Source of the DNA: Perkinsela sp. CCAP 1560/9
Taxonomy: Eukaryota > Protista > Euglenozoa: Kinetoplastea
Reading direction: 5' to 3'
DNA length: 64,000 bases
NCBI GenBank assembly: GCA_965644495.1
Contig: CBFFSA010000007.1
Coordinates: forward strand, 558,001 to 622,000
Under the pieces are notes generated by a model. That model was given only the letters and a program-made list of their open reading frames with translations. It searched no databases and was not told the DNA's origin. The translations under genes and the position numbers were made by a program. This document shows, one piece after another, positions 33,258-43,595 of this stretch (positions are counted from its first letter, which is position 1; each line of letters starts with the position of its first letter).

Positions 33258-36083
33258 ATGCGCTTAACTTGGATTGATTATGATGGAGGCCTGCCTAAAC
33301 TCTATTTGGAGGTTTTTCGTGACGTTCACTGTAAGGTATTGCTTTTAACACCTTCACAACTTGGTGTATTAGAAGGGCCAAAGACGTTTGATAGCGAACA
33401 CCATGACACGAGTCCTCCTGATCCTTCTCCGTTTGCTGCCTTACGAACACTTTCAACTTTTGAATTTGTTCGCTTGATTTCGGAACCAATAAGTTTACAA
33501 AAGCATATCCACGAATATGTTATGACTCCATATAGCTTGATGAGTGCAGCGGCGTGCGGTATGACCACAGCGGATGTGTTGTTCGGCCTGTACGTTGCTC
33601 TAGGCGGAAAAGTGTGCTCAGAAAATGTTGTTGAATTTATGCTGTTGCTAAAATTGCTTACCGTAAACGATTGTGGGCGTTCAGAGGTTGTTCCTTGCTC
33701 TAGGACTACAAATAAATCTCCAGCACAAAGGAAGAAAAAGAAATCAAATTCGAAATCATCCCAAAATGAGATGGAAAGAGGGAAACAGCCAAGAGAGTTC
33801 GAAGAGATCAATAACAGCCTTCCCCGTGATCATAGCATTTCAATTATCTCATTCTTTAAAGAGCTTGCACCAACTAGGGTTATTTCATACATTATGAATA
33901 TTTACGAAAAGTACAATAAAATGAGCATTGTACTCGGCTCATTGAAAGGTACAACGCAAAATACAAGTCCTTACTTTCACAAGAGCAAGAGTGCATACTC
34001 TCTGGAATTACAAAAGACCAGCGACGGCGTCAATTTGTTAGCGAAATCAATGGCTCCTTCTCTCTCGAAGAACGAACGTCCGATTGCTCAAGGCTCGTTA
34101 GCCAGTCCCGATAAAATACACATCGACGAACAAGGAGGTGGTACTCTTGAATGCAGTGACAGCAAAGCCAAGCCTACATCAGAGTCTTTCTCCTCAGAGC
34201 AACCACATTTTCAAAATTCATCTTTTAATGCTGATTATGTTTTAGAGATGGAGGCGCCCGAATCGATTTCAGAAATGCTACAAAGCCGCTTCGATCTTGT
34301 TCCTGTAGAGAGAGGAAGTCCATCTAGTGTAAGTACTGTAGAGAAAACTTTCATTCATTTTGAAAATCAAGATCTTAAGGAGAAACCCAGTTTCCGTTCT
34401 GCTAAAAGAAACTTTGTCATTCCTATGCGTAATCTGAAATCATTGAAAACGTACCTCATTGACACCTGCGGATACTCCGTCATGCAAGAGTACGACTTTC
34501 GAAAAGAAAATGATTTCTCTCTTCCTCCTCTATCCATCTCTCTAGAAAGTTCTGTTTTCTTACGTCCGTATCAACGCGAAGCGTTGAGCCATTTTGTTAT
34601 AAATGGCCAAAGAGCTGTCAGTGGGATTATAGTTCTTCCTTGTGGAGCAGGAAAGACTCTTTTAGGTATCAGTGCACTATGCACAGTAGGGAGACCGGCC
34701 GTTGTTGTTTGTCCGTCTGCAGTATCCGTTGAACAATGGAAAAGACAATTTCTTGAATTCACGACTTCGATAAATACGAACGATCCAAATGTTAAAACTC
34801 AAGTACGTTCTCTTCTTAGCCGGGGTAAACAATCTATTACGAATTCAACTTCAATCATTCTGACAACTTACAGCATGTTGTGTGTAGATCCCGCACGTCG
34901 CTCGGAAAAGAGTAGGCGCATGATTGACCGTCTGACGTCTCGACCATGGGGTACGCTCATACTCGACGAAGTACATTCACTTCCTGCAAATATTTTTCAG
35001 CGAATTATGTCACAGGTTCACGCAAGGTGCGTTTTAGGCCTCACAGCGACTCTGCTACGCGAGGACGACAAGGTTCAAAACCTCACACATCTGGTCGGAC
35101 CGAAATTGTATGAGGTGTCAAGAAATTATTTAGTGCAACAAAATTATCTTGCCCAAGTATCGTGCGTCCAACTAACATGTACTATGACTCCTCCTTTTTT
35201 GAAAGAGTATTCTCGACCAGGGTCTCCAATGCCGCTTCGACTTTGTCTCGCTGCATCCAATCCACAAAAAATTAGAGAGTGTGTTCATCTTTGCCAAAAA
35301 CATACCCGTAATGGAGATAAGGTTATGGTGTTCTCGGATTCACTTTTTGCCTTACACATCTGCCGTGAGGCATTGCGCTGTCCTATTCTGACGGGCAAAA
35401 CCCCTCATCATGAACGACTTGCTATCCTTTCGGATTTTCAGCACTCTTTGTCATGTTCAGTGCTTTGTATTAGTCGAGTGGGCGACACAAGCATTAACCT
35501 CCCCGCGGCTTCTGTATTGGTCCAAATTAGTTTTCAAGGTGGAAGTCGTCGTCAAGAAGTTCAACGTATCGGCCGTTTGCTTCAACCCAAACCCTCGGGT
35601 GGTTCGACGTATTTCTACAGTCTCATTAGCAGCCACACCCACGAAATCTCATTTGCGCATAGACGTCGTTCCTACCTGGAGCAACAAGGGTATCAAATTC
35701 TTTCAAAAAGAAGCTTTTTGGATCCTTCGTTGCAGTCTTCCTATGGAATCACATTGCCTATGTCCTCCAACGAAGGCGTTCTTGACGTTCTGGGACGCGC
35801 GATTAGCCAGTGGGAATCTGTCTTTCACGACGACATGCTCGAACAGCGAACCCTTCTCGACGATACTTTGATACCATCCATTGCAAACGGGGGAAGCAAA
35901 GAAAATACGTGGAAAAGATCAAGAAATGCAGTAGAGTCACCTCCGTTTTCCGCTAACGATTGGATTGAACATCGTGAGGAAGGCATAGTGATGAGACATG
36001 GATCTCTTGCTGATCTCTCTGTGGGGGAGAATGATCTCGTTTTCTCGGAGTATACGTTGCTAGATGAGAAAGTGGTTTCATAG
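33258..36083 (+). CDS. XPB: XPB/ERCC3-family DNA helicase
   Basis: SEP....HIHEY.MT.YSL..AA, EYDFR, LRPYQ, GIIVLPCGAGKT, LDEVH, GLTATLLREDDK, GSRRQE.QR.GRL. Confidence 0.93.
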   Translation: MRLTWIDYDGGLPKLYLEVFRDVHCKVLLLTPSQLGVLEGPKTFDSEHHDTSPPDPSPFAALRTLSTFEFVRLISEPISLQKHIHEYVMTPYSLMSAAACGMTTADVLFGLYVALGGKVCSENVVEFMLLLKLLTVNDCGRSEVVPCSRTTNKSPAQRKKKKSNSKSSQNEMERGKQPREFEEINNSLPRDHSISIISFFKELAPTRVISYIMNIYEKYNKMSIVLGSLKGTTQNTSPYFHKSKSAYSLELQKTSDGVNLLAKSMAPSLSKNERPIAQGSLASPDKIHIDEQGGGTLECSDSKAKPTSESFSSEQPHFQNSSFNADYVLEMEAPESISEMLQSRFDLVPVERGSPSSVSTVEKTFIHFENQDLKEKPSFRSAKRNFVIPMRNLKSLKTYLIDTCGYSVMQEYDFRKENDFSLPPLSISLESSVFLRPYQREALSHFVINGQRAVSGIIVLPCGAGKTLLGISALCTVGRPAVVVCPSAVSVEQWKRQFLEFTTSINTNDPNVKTQVRSLLSRGKQSITNSTSIILTTYSMLCVDPARRSEKSRRMIDRLTSRPWGTLILDEVHSLPANIFQRIMSQVHARCVLGLTATLLREDDKVQNLTHLVGPKLYEVSRNYLVQQNYLAQVSCVQLTCTMTPPFLKEYSRPGSPMPLRLCLAASNPQKIRECVHLCQKHTRNGDKVMVFSDSLFALHICREALRCPILTGKTPHHERLAILSDFQHSLSCSVLCISRVGDTSINLPAASVLVQISFQGGSRRQEVQRIGRLLQPKPSGGSTYFYSLISSHTHEISFAHRRRSYLEQQGYQILSKRSFLDPSLQSSYGITLPMSSNEGVLDVLGRAISQWESVFHDDMLEQRTLLDDTLIPSIANGGSKENTWKRSRNAVESPPFSANDWIEHREEGIVMRHGSLADLSVGENDLVFSEYTLLDEKVVS

Positions 36084-36173
36084 AGGCTCTAGAAATTGAA
36101 AAGAAAGTAAATAATTAACGCGACTCTATCTTGAGTTTTATCGATGCAGGGCGAAAACCTATAGAGAGAATTA

Positions 36174-36556
36174 CTCCTTGCGAGGACAGCGCAATGACGC
36201 CTGTCGCACGGAGGGTTCGTCATAGAGCCACGCCAACGTGGTCCTCAAGGGAGGTCCCGTAGTGCATTGGGGGGGTACTGGGTTTTCGCTTGGGGGGTAT
36301 CAATGAGTGTCTGCAAGAGGACGCACCCACACAGCATTGTTGAGAGGCTGCAAGAAGCCTTTCGGCTACACAGCATCGTTGAGTGGCTGCAAGAGGGTGC
36401 GTCGCACACAGCATTAAAGAGAGGCTTTCCCCGGCATCCATCCAGTGGGAGCATTCGGCGGGCAATGAACACCCCGCTGCACACAGGGGTGTGAGGTCGC
36501 GCATCTCCTACTTTAACGGAAACATAAGTTTCCGTCCCTAGCCGTAGGGACGGCTA
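36174..36556 (+). ncRNA. Putative structured RNA or retroposon head, identity unknown
   Basis: Many perfect nested stems (GAGGAC/GTCCTC, ATGACG/CGTCAT, GACGCACCC/GGGTGCGTC, AGCC-TTTC-GGCT, ACGGAAAC/GTTTCCGT, CCGTCCCTA/TAGGGACGG); no credible ORF; strand assumed. Confidence 0.5.
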
Positions 36557-36653
36557 TTTAATTCCAGGGCAGCAAAAGCGATACTTTTAATATTTCAAGT
36601 TGAAACTTTCAACAGTTCCCGATAGCCAATAGATATTGTGAACCTTACTAGAA

Positions 36654-37326
36654 CGGGACCCCGAGTGGGAAACAGCGGCCCGCCTTCGGTACTTGGTCTC
36701 CCCGACCTCCGAACCTGAACTACAGTGCGTGTGCGGCGCCACCCTCAGGAACGAGGATTTTTGCATCCACGCGCTGGACTGCAAGAAGGTCAGGGGCAAG
36801 ACCCAAGCCTCTCGACATAAAGTAGTTAAGGAAACCTTCCGAAACCTCCTAATCAACTATGGTTTCTCCCCAGACCTTTGCGAACCCAGGTTCGACAACG
36901 GTCGAGGCCCTGACATATGATTCCAACTGGGCCGGAAGCTCGCCGTTGTGGACGTCACCGTGGTCAACCCACTGGCCCCGTCCTACGTAGATAAGGAGGC
37001 CGCCCATCCCTCTTATACACTGAGGATGGCGGAAGGCAACAAGCGCCGCGCCCATGACGAGATGGCGGCCGCCAGAGGGATGGATTTTTTCCCCCTGGCC
37101 TTCATCACCTATGGGGTGCCTGGCCCAGAGACCCTCAATTTTCTCAATAGGGTGGCCAGAGCACACACGTCCGACAGGGCCGGATGTCTCTCTCACCCTC
37201 TGATGGCTATGGGAGTAGCCATCCAGAAGGGCAATGCCCAGATAGTGCAAGCGGCGGTACAGGATTGGTACCGTCGCGGGGTGCGCTAACTGGGGTAGGA
37301 GGGGGGGTGAAAATATAATATAATAT
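36654..37326 (+). mobile_element. 3' fragment of CRE-clade non-LTR retrotransposon (zinc knuckle plus restriction-like endonuclease)
   Basis: Near-identical to about 61112-61707; CVC...H...C, RH..V, GPD, VDVTVVNP; internal TGA at 36918-36920; ends in ATAAT repeats. Confidence 0.9.
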
Positions 37327-37419
37327 CCGTCTTTTTTTAGGCTTCATACTTAGCAGGATCGGGGGTGGTGCTAAAAAACTTCCTAAAACTTTCATTTTCC
37401 TATCTGCGATTTTTACTAC

Positions 37420-37755
37420 ATGAGCAAATCTGAAGAAAGCAATTCCCCTAAAAAGGCTGTGTGGCCCTCAACACAATATATTAAGAGCAAGGAGAAAGTC
37501 AAAAATACGGAACTTGAAGTTAAAAGGGCAAAAAGGTCGTTGGAGTCCGAGTACACGGATCTCGATCCCTTTTCGATCACCGTGAAATGTATTTCTGTGG
37601 AGGTGGGCAAAGAAAGTTTTCGAACGTTTTTTTCGTCCTTCGGAACGATTGGCAAAATGACCCTTCTGTCTAACAAACATCTCGCCTTTGATTGTTATGA
37701 AACATTTGAACAGGCGAAACGTGCTGAACACGCATGCCGATGCAAGTGCATCTAA
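37420..37755 (+). CDS. Short RRM-like ORF (possibly a fragment)
   Basis: FSSFGTIG...K.LAF.CYET.EQAKRA resembles the RRM RNP1 region. Confidence 0.4.
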   Translation: MSKSEESNSPKKAVWPSTQYIKSKEKVKNTELEVKRAKRSLESEYTDLDPFSITVKCISVEVGKESFRTFFSSFGTIGKMTLLSNKHLAFDCYETFEQAKRAEHACRCKCI

Positions 37756-38025
37756 AAGGAAAAATCAAAAAGCGGTGGTAGTCTTCAACGCGAAGCGCGC
37801 AGCATGAGTAACTCATGTTACTCATTCATGTTGACAACAACCACTGCGTTTAACGAAGAGCCTAAATTAGGGGTGCGGTCGTACCTTTGGAATGGGAAAA
37901 AAAGAACTACAAGTGTAGCGCCCAAGTCAAAGAGCGCGCAAGTTATCAGGCACACATAAAAATGTATTTGTAAGAAAACTGAACGAAAAGGAGATAAATA
38001 AAGGAAGATGATTGAAAAAAGGGTA

Positions 38026-38141
38026 CAGTAGAGCCTTAGAAAACAAAATGGAGAATTAAGGGACGGTTAATTACGGGACACTTTGGACCTGGTGGGGGAT
38101 GTCCCTTAATTAAACCGTCCCGTAATAAATGCCATGCACTG
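38026..38141. mobile_element. pogo-type MITE
   Basis: TA-CAGT...ACTG-TA with inverted subterminal blocks ATTAAGGGACGGTTAATTACGGGACA / TGTCCCTTAATTAAACCGTCCCGTAAT. Confidence 0.7.
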
Positions 38142-38709
38142 TAATAGAAAAAAGGGTTACCATAAAAGTATTAAAAAATACAGTATCATAAGAAGCTACT
38201 CAAGCGCCGATCCCGACCGATCCCACCTGATAAGTGACAAGGTCCTCCAGGTTTCAGCCCTCTAATAAGTGTGCGGGGGGTTTAATAAAAAACAGGAGAA
38301 AGGGAATTTTTACTCAAAAGAATATGACCACCGAAAAATCGCCGCTTCGCGGCGGGAACGCCGAATAAGACAGCGATCGGCAGAATATGGCAGAATACGG
38401 CAGAATAGTCAGTTGCCTCCCCTCTAAATTCATAGTTTATTGGTCCTCAGTTTTATTCTCTATATGACATGCGCAAACAAGCGTCACCGAGATCTTCAAA
38501 ATGTAACAAAAATTAGCCCAAACGGACAAAGCAACAAAAATTTGGAGGGGGGTGACTTATCGTGTCCCGGGGTTTATGTGGGGCTCGCGGTAATTGGCTT
38601 TATTAAATTGGATTAAATTTTACGAAAATAGATAAGTTATCGAATACGCAATATTCAATATTATTTATTTTGCTTTAAAAGGTCATTATTCATTTTAGCC
38701 CACGAATGC

Positions 38710-39348
38710 ATGCATGCAACGAAGCCTACAATCCAATACAGTTTTTTGACAGGTAAAAAATTGCCATTGTACATATGTGAGAAACTTTCTCACGCTTTGG
38801 GGCATCGCAGCTTTACAGGTAAATTCTGGATTACTGCAAAGCAACTTCGCAATTGCGCTCTCAAACCTCGACGTGGAGAACGTCCCATGGACATCGTTTG
38901 TCAATTTAACGATCTCAAAAATACTGTTGTGGTACAGTTCTACAATTTGGAACAACTTCATCGCGAATCCAAGGAGTCGCGATGTAATATGTTTTACAAA
39001 GTAAACAGAAACTGGGAGACTAAGAGCGAAAGCTCCGAAACGGATTCCCGCGAAGAGAAATTCTGCGTTATGCGTAGTTTTTCTTCTAAAGATTCGTTTC
39101 CCAATCCGATGCAAAAGCGTTTTCTGCAGATGTATAAAACGCGGCAGCTAAGTTCCCCCTATTGGGTCTCTGAGGATAAGCTTCAAGTATTGGATATGTC
39201 TCCTTCGCCGAATGCCCAATGCCTCTCATATGACAAGGCAGGGGGTACTGTACGTCGCTGGTATAACATAGATGATGTTTCTAATTTCTATTCCGTTTTT
39301 CCTCAATATCGCAATGGCGCTGGTCCTCATTTGCTTCTCCATCCTTAG
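38710..39348 (+). CDS. Tc38/p38-like protein (two repeats of the kinetoplastid ssDNA-binding domain)
   Basis: Twice-repeated F..G/D......L....F/L.S/G.F/YW.T/S..QL/KL......YN.E/D pattern. Confidence 0.6.
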   Translation: MHATKPTIQYSFLTGKKLPLYICEKLSHALGHRSFTGKFWITAKQLRNCALKPRRGERPMDIVCQFNDLKNTVVVQFYNLEQLHRESKESRCNMFYKVNRNWETKSESSETDSREEKFCVMRSFSSKDSFPNPMQKRFLQMYKTRQLSSPYWVSEDKLQVLDMSPSPNAQCLSYDKAGGTVRRWYNIDDVSNFYSVFPQYRNGAGPHLLLHP

Positions 39349-39627
39349 TGAGGATTCCTCACAAAGACGAGAATATTACAAACGCTTAACATTGTAGTAA
39401 TCTCTTTTCTCATTCCATTCTTTCTAATCTTTCAGCACAAAATGATCATTCACAATCACGTAACAATTCATTTGGAAAAAACATTACAGGATGCGATTTG
39501 CCTCTACCATGATTACAAAAGCACTAGAATCACACCTTGCCCTCTTGCTTACTATTTTGACACCCCTTTTATCTGGCCAGTACTATCATTTCGCGGAACT
39601 TTATCTCAAACGATCGTAGACTTCCTA

Positions 39628-39938
39628 CCGTATACCCCCCAGTAAGAGAATGGGTTTTGGGTCGAAATGGCCAAATCTCTCATACTGGGGGGGTATGCTT
39701 TTTTGGCCAGTTTCCTCTTTTCTCTCAACTTTTTTGACTATTTTTCCATTTTTTCTTGTGAAAACGTGTTAAAACGCTTCTTTGGGTTACCCCCGAGGCA
39801 CCCAATATGCAGACACCCACCCCCTACCCCCTATACGCCTCCTGTGGGGCTCCCGAGCCAAATCTCTCTTACTGGGGGTCAGCCCAAAAAGGGCCAAATC
39901 TCTCTTACTGGGGAGTACCTTACTGGGGGGGTATACAG
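39628..39938. mobile_element. MITE with repeated internal binding-site motifs
   Basis: TA-CCGTATACCCCCCAGTAAG ... CTTACTGGGGGGGTATACAG-TA; internal AAATCTCTCTTACTGGGG repeats; another end copy near 39946. Confidence 0.8.
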
Positions 39939-40867
39939 TAGTATGATACCCCCCAGTAAGAGAGCTTCGGCCCTTTTTGGGTTTACACGCAGTAAGACTC
40001 TTACTCTCTTAAAGAGAGATTTGGCTCCGAAATCTGCCTGGTTCGGGAGGCCTCTTGACTGGCCTTGTAGTTGTCCTGACATTCTTGGACATCCTGGTTC
40101 CTGAGGCCCAGAGGTATGAAAAACGAAAGAAAAAACGTACTGCAGGCGCTCCCTAGTTATCTGTCACACGGCACCCCGCTTAGTTATCTGTCACTTTTTG
40201 GTCCTAATTTTTTTCCCGTCGCCCACTATCCCCTGTAGTTACAGTATCTGTCAGTATACATTACATTAGTGTAACATTACATTAGTGTGTACATTACATT
40301 ACACATTACAGTATCTGTCACACGTCATCCCCCCGCTAGTTAACTGTGATTTTTTTCGTCATGTTTAAAAAACAAACGAATCTTTTACTTCCTTTCTTTT
40401 CAGTCTGAAAATGAATGGTCCTGTGTAGGAAGAAATGAAAGGGAAGACCACAAGGAGGTCCCAACCATATTTCCCCATTACGCACTCACATCAGGAGTGG
40501 TAAATTTTACAAATGTCTACTCCCGTAGTCTACTCCTTCCTCGGAGTACTATCAAGTACATGTGCAGATAAACATGAACTAAACGCAATGAGCTGACAAA
40601 AAGAAATAACAAAAACATTGAAAAATAATTCTGGCGCAGCTTCGCGCCGCAGCCAACCCCAAAAAAAAGGACTCTTAGGTAGGGGGTACAGTACTAAACA
40701 AAGGAATCCGAAAAATATTTTTTACTAAAATATAGCAAGCATTTTCACAACATTTTTCAGTTTAAAGCAATTATCGTACAGTTCTGCACTGTATGTCTAT
40801 GAATTTCAATGTCGTTGTGACTTAACCAGCCATACCCACGTGCAACCCCAACCACCCTCCCTCAACC

Positions 40868-42136
40868 ATGCATCACAACACCTTACCCATCCGCAAATCC
40901 GCAACCTATGAGGCCTCTCATCTGCTTGCCGCTCAAAGCATTTGGAATCTTCACTTCTCCTCCTCTAAACACATCCTGCGTGACACGCCCACTTTTGCGA
41001 AACCTCATCCCGCGATCCCAATCTTCCGCATCCTCTCTCTCAAGGGGGAAATCCCTTCCTCTCTTCAAGCCCCCTTTCAGCGTAGATTAAATGACCATGC
41101 AGCCATGACGGCGTATAGAACCATGGTAGTACTACGATGTCTCGATGCCTACCTCTTAGAGAGTCAACGACAGGGGCGGATCTCGTTTTACTTAACCCAT
41201 ACAGGGGAAGAGGGGCTGCAGGTCGGCAGCGCGGCAGCGTTGGACCCGACCGATGTGATTTATGGACAGTACCGGGAGCTCGGGGTTCTGTTATCTCGGG
41301 GTTACACTTTGGAGGAGGTGATTGCACAATGCATGGGATCGGTGAAAGATAAAGGAAAGGGACGACAAATGCCGGTGCACTACGGCAGTGATAAATTGCG
41401 TTACCACACGGTGTCCTCTCCGTTAGGGACGCAACTGCCCCAGGCCGCGGGGTGCGGGTATGGGCTTCGTATGGAGAAAGGGCCCGGGAGGGTATGTGTG
41501 TGCTATTTCGGAGATGGGGCAGCCTCGGAGGGGGACTTTCATGCGGCCCTGAATATGGCGGCTACCTTGCGCTGTCGGACGATATTCTTCTGCCGCAACA
41601 ATGGATATGCGATATCCACGCCCTGCGTTGAGCAATACGCTGGAGACGGTATCGGTTGCCGGGGGAGTAGCTATGGAATTCCTTCCATACGGGTCGATGG
41701 CAACGATGTTCTTGCCGTGTTTGAGGCGACGCGACAAGCTCGCAAGCTTTGCATAGAAGAGAACAAACCTGTACTGATTGAGGCGCTTACGTATCGTGAA
41801 GGACACCATAGTAGTTCCGATGACTCTTCGTGTTACCGAAATAACCAAGAGATGCAGGAGAAGGCTAAAAAGGCATTGGGTGACCCTATTCAACGGTTTG
41901 AAAAATACTTGGAGGGTAGAGATTTATGGAATCCCGAGTTGAAAGATGTATTCTTGCAGAATACGCGTCAATCTATCCTTAAGCTTTTACATAAACACGA
42001 AAATTTACCTAAACTCTCTCCAGTGAGCTTGCTTGATGATGTTTATGACGTGAAACCCCCTCATTTACAAACGCAGCAACAAGAACTCGATGTTTATCTT
42101 CAAAAATATCATAAAACGAATAATGAATTGACCTGA
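40868..42136 (+). CDS. BCKDHA: Branched-chain 2-oxoacid dehydrogenase E1 alpha
   Basis: QRQGRISFY.T..GEE, GKGRQMPVHYGS, FGDGAASEGDFHA, CRNNGYAIST, YR.GHHS.SDDS. Confidence 0.96.
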   Translation: MHHNTLPIRKSATYEASHLLAAQSIWNLHFSSSKHILRDTPTFAKPHPAIPIFRILSLKGEIPSSLQAPFQRRLNDHAAMTAYRTMVVLRCLDAYLLESQRQGRISFYLTHTGEEGLQVGSAAALDPTDVIYGQYRELGVLLSRGYTLEEVIAQCMGSVKDKGKGRQMPVHYGSDKLRYHTVSSPLGTQLPQAAGCGYGLRMEKGPGRVCVCYFGDGAASEGDFHAALNMAATLRCRTIFFCRNNGYAISTPCVEQYAGDGIGCRGSSYGIPSIRVDGNDVLAVFEATRQARKLCIEENKPVLIEALTYREGHHSSSDDSSCYRNNQEMQEKAKKALGDPIQRFEKYLEGRDLWNPELKDVFLQNTRQSILKLLHKHENLPKLSPVSLLDDVYDVKPPHLQTQQQELDVYLQKYHKTNNELT

Positions 42137-42343
42137 TTCCATCAAGCATAACTTCTTTTTAACGAAGGATGTACCGCAGCCCCATCTCGTGGCATGACAA
42201 AAGGTACATTTTTTTGAGTGACGCCTTTTGGCCCTTACCCACGCCTTTTCTTTGGTATATGTCTTTATTTCTCTTGTAACTTACCATGTACAATGTTGTG
42301 GTTAGCTTGCTGATCTCAAAATCGTAAATAGATATTTGCAGAA

Positions 42344-43282
42344 ATGTTGCAGGATGTGATTGGAAAAGGGGGTGTTGACCCAATGAAAGCATTTATTTCT
42401 CTTCCAGTGGTACCAATCGTACGAGCCATTGCCCTACAACAGGCTGCTCACGTGATAGGCGCTGTTTTGTGTGGTGCCTTCATGCAGCACAGTCTGTTCT
42501 TACTTGTACCAAAGTTTTTACCGTGGGTGTCAAAGTTTCAATTATTGGAGAATGTTCAAAAACGGTTTTTCACGCCTGAAACGAATCTCTCTGTTTCGGG
42601 GCCCACTGCAAATGATGTTTGTAAGAATGATAGGCAAGAATCTGTAAATATTGAGTTGATGTGTCATCGAAAAATGTATAGGTGGTGGACCGACAATGCA
42701 ATACATGTTGGTAAGATTCAGTTATATCGAATGGGAACGGAACTTACGATCTGTGCTTTGCTCCAAACGCTTTTATCTCCTGTAGTTCCTGGGCTAGAGG
42801 CAACAGTCGGGGAGTCATCACTATCAGCATATCAGATGTGGATCCTCGGTCGGGCGTTTGAAGCACATTGGCTGCAGTGTATGTTTCATCTCTCAGACGT
42901 TATCGCATGCCGTGGTTCTTCCGTGTATATTCCATGGAGCACTTGTATTTCCCTGCAAGGGTCGCTTTCGATTTCGCAGGCCACGGCGCTTCACACAATA
43001 CAAGCGTTATCCGAGGAATCATTGCGTGTTTTAACTACAATATCAACGCTTGGAGTACACGGGGGCCTTTTACTTTATGTGTTCTCTTCAATCCTGCGGA
43101 CTTTTTCGATCACACTCGGCGGGCGGTTCATATACAACCATCCTGATGCGTTCAAACATATACTTGCTGTATGTCGTCAGGAACGGGGAAAGGCCTATTT
43201 ATCTTCCTTGTTCAGTTATTTAATGACGCGAAGTGGGGCGGAAGTTAGTTGCGATTCAAGTGGTTGCATAACGTCTACATGA
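42344..43282 (+). CDS. Hypothetical protein, hydrophobic segments
   Basis: 312-aa ORF on the cluster strand; no recognised motif. Confidence 0.55.
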   Translation: MLQDVIGKGGVDPMKAFISLPVVPIVRAIALQQAAHVIGAVLCGAFMQHSLFLLVPKFLPWVSKFQLLENVQKRFFTPETNLSVSGPTANDVCKNDRQESVNIELMCHRKMYRWWTDNAIHVGKIQLYRMGTELTICALLQTLLSPVVPGLEATVGESSLSAYQMWILGRAFEAHWLQCMFHLSDVIACRGSSVYIPWSTCISLQGSLSISQATALHTIQALSEESLRVLTTISTLGVHGGLLLYVFSSILRTFSITLGGRFIYNHPDAFKHILAVCRQERGKAYLSSLFSYLMTRSGAEVSCDSSGCITST

Positions 43283-43595
43283 TAAAAGCCGATATAATTT
43301 AGATGTAGATAAACGTGCGCAGCTTCACAAGGGCTCATACACTAACATTACTTTTCTCGAACGGTACTTTTTACAACAGTACTTCTCTCGAAAAGTTAAA
43401 TTTTTTTTAAAAGTTAATTTTTTTGAACGTAGCAGAGCAATTCTTCTAACCCGGGGTGGGGGATACTACTTAAATGGGGGTTTATATTTAAATTAACTTT
43501 AAGATTTAAATTGCAGGTTAATATTTAGATTTTATTTAAATCTAAATATTAAAATTGTATTCTCTACGTTACGCTTTAAGAGTTAGTACTATCGA

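Noticed and set aside
36181-36230. tRNA gene (A-box-like AGCGCAATG, B-box-like GGTTCG)
   Set aside because: Too short, and no cloverleaf can be drawn.
36297-36426. Mini CRISPR array
   Set aside because: Spacers are only 10-12 nt and mutually complementary, there are no cas genes, and the context is eukaryotic.
40776-40795. Spliced-leader-like ACAGTTCTGCACTGTATG
   Set aside because: Several mismatches to the conserved SL core; better explained as a TA-CAG...CTG-TA TIR remnant.
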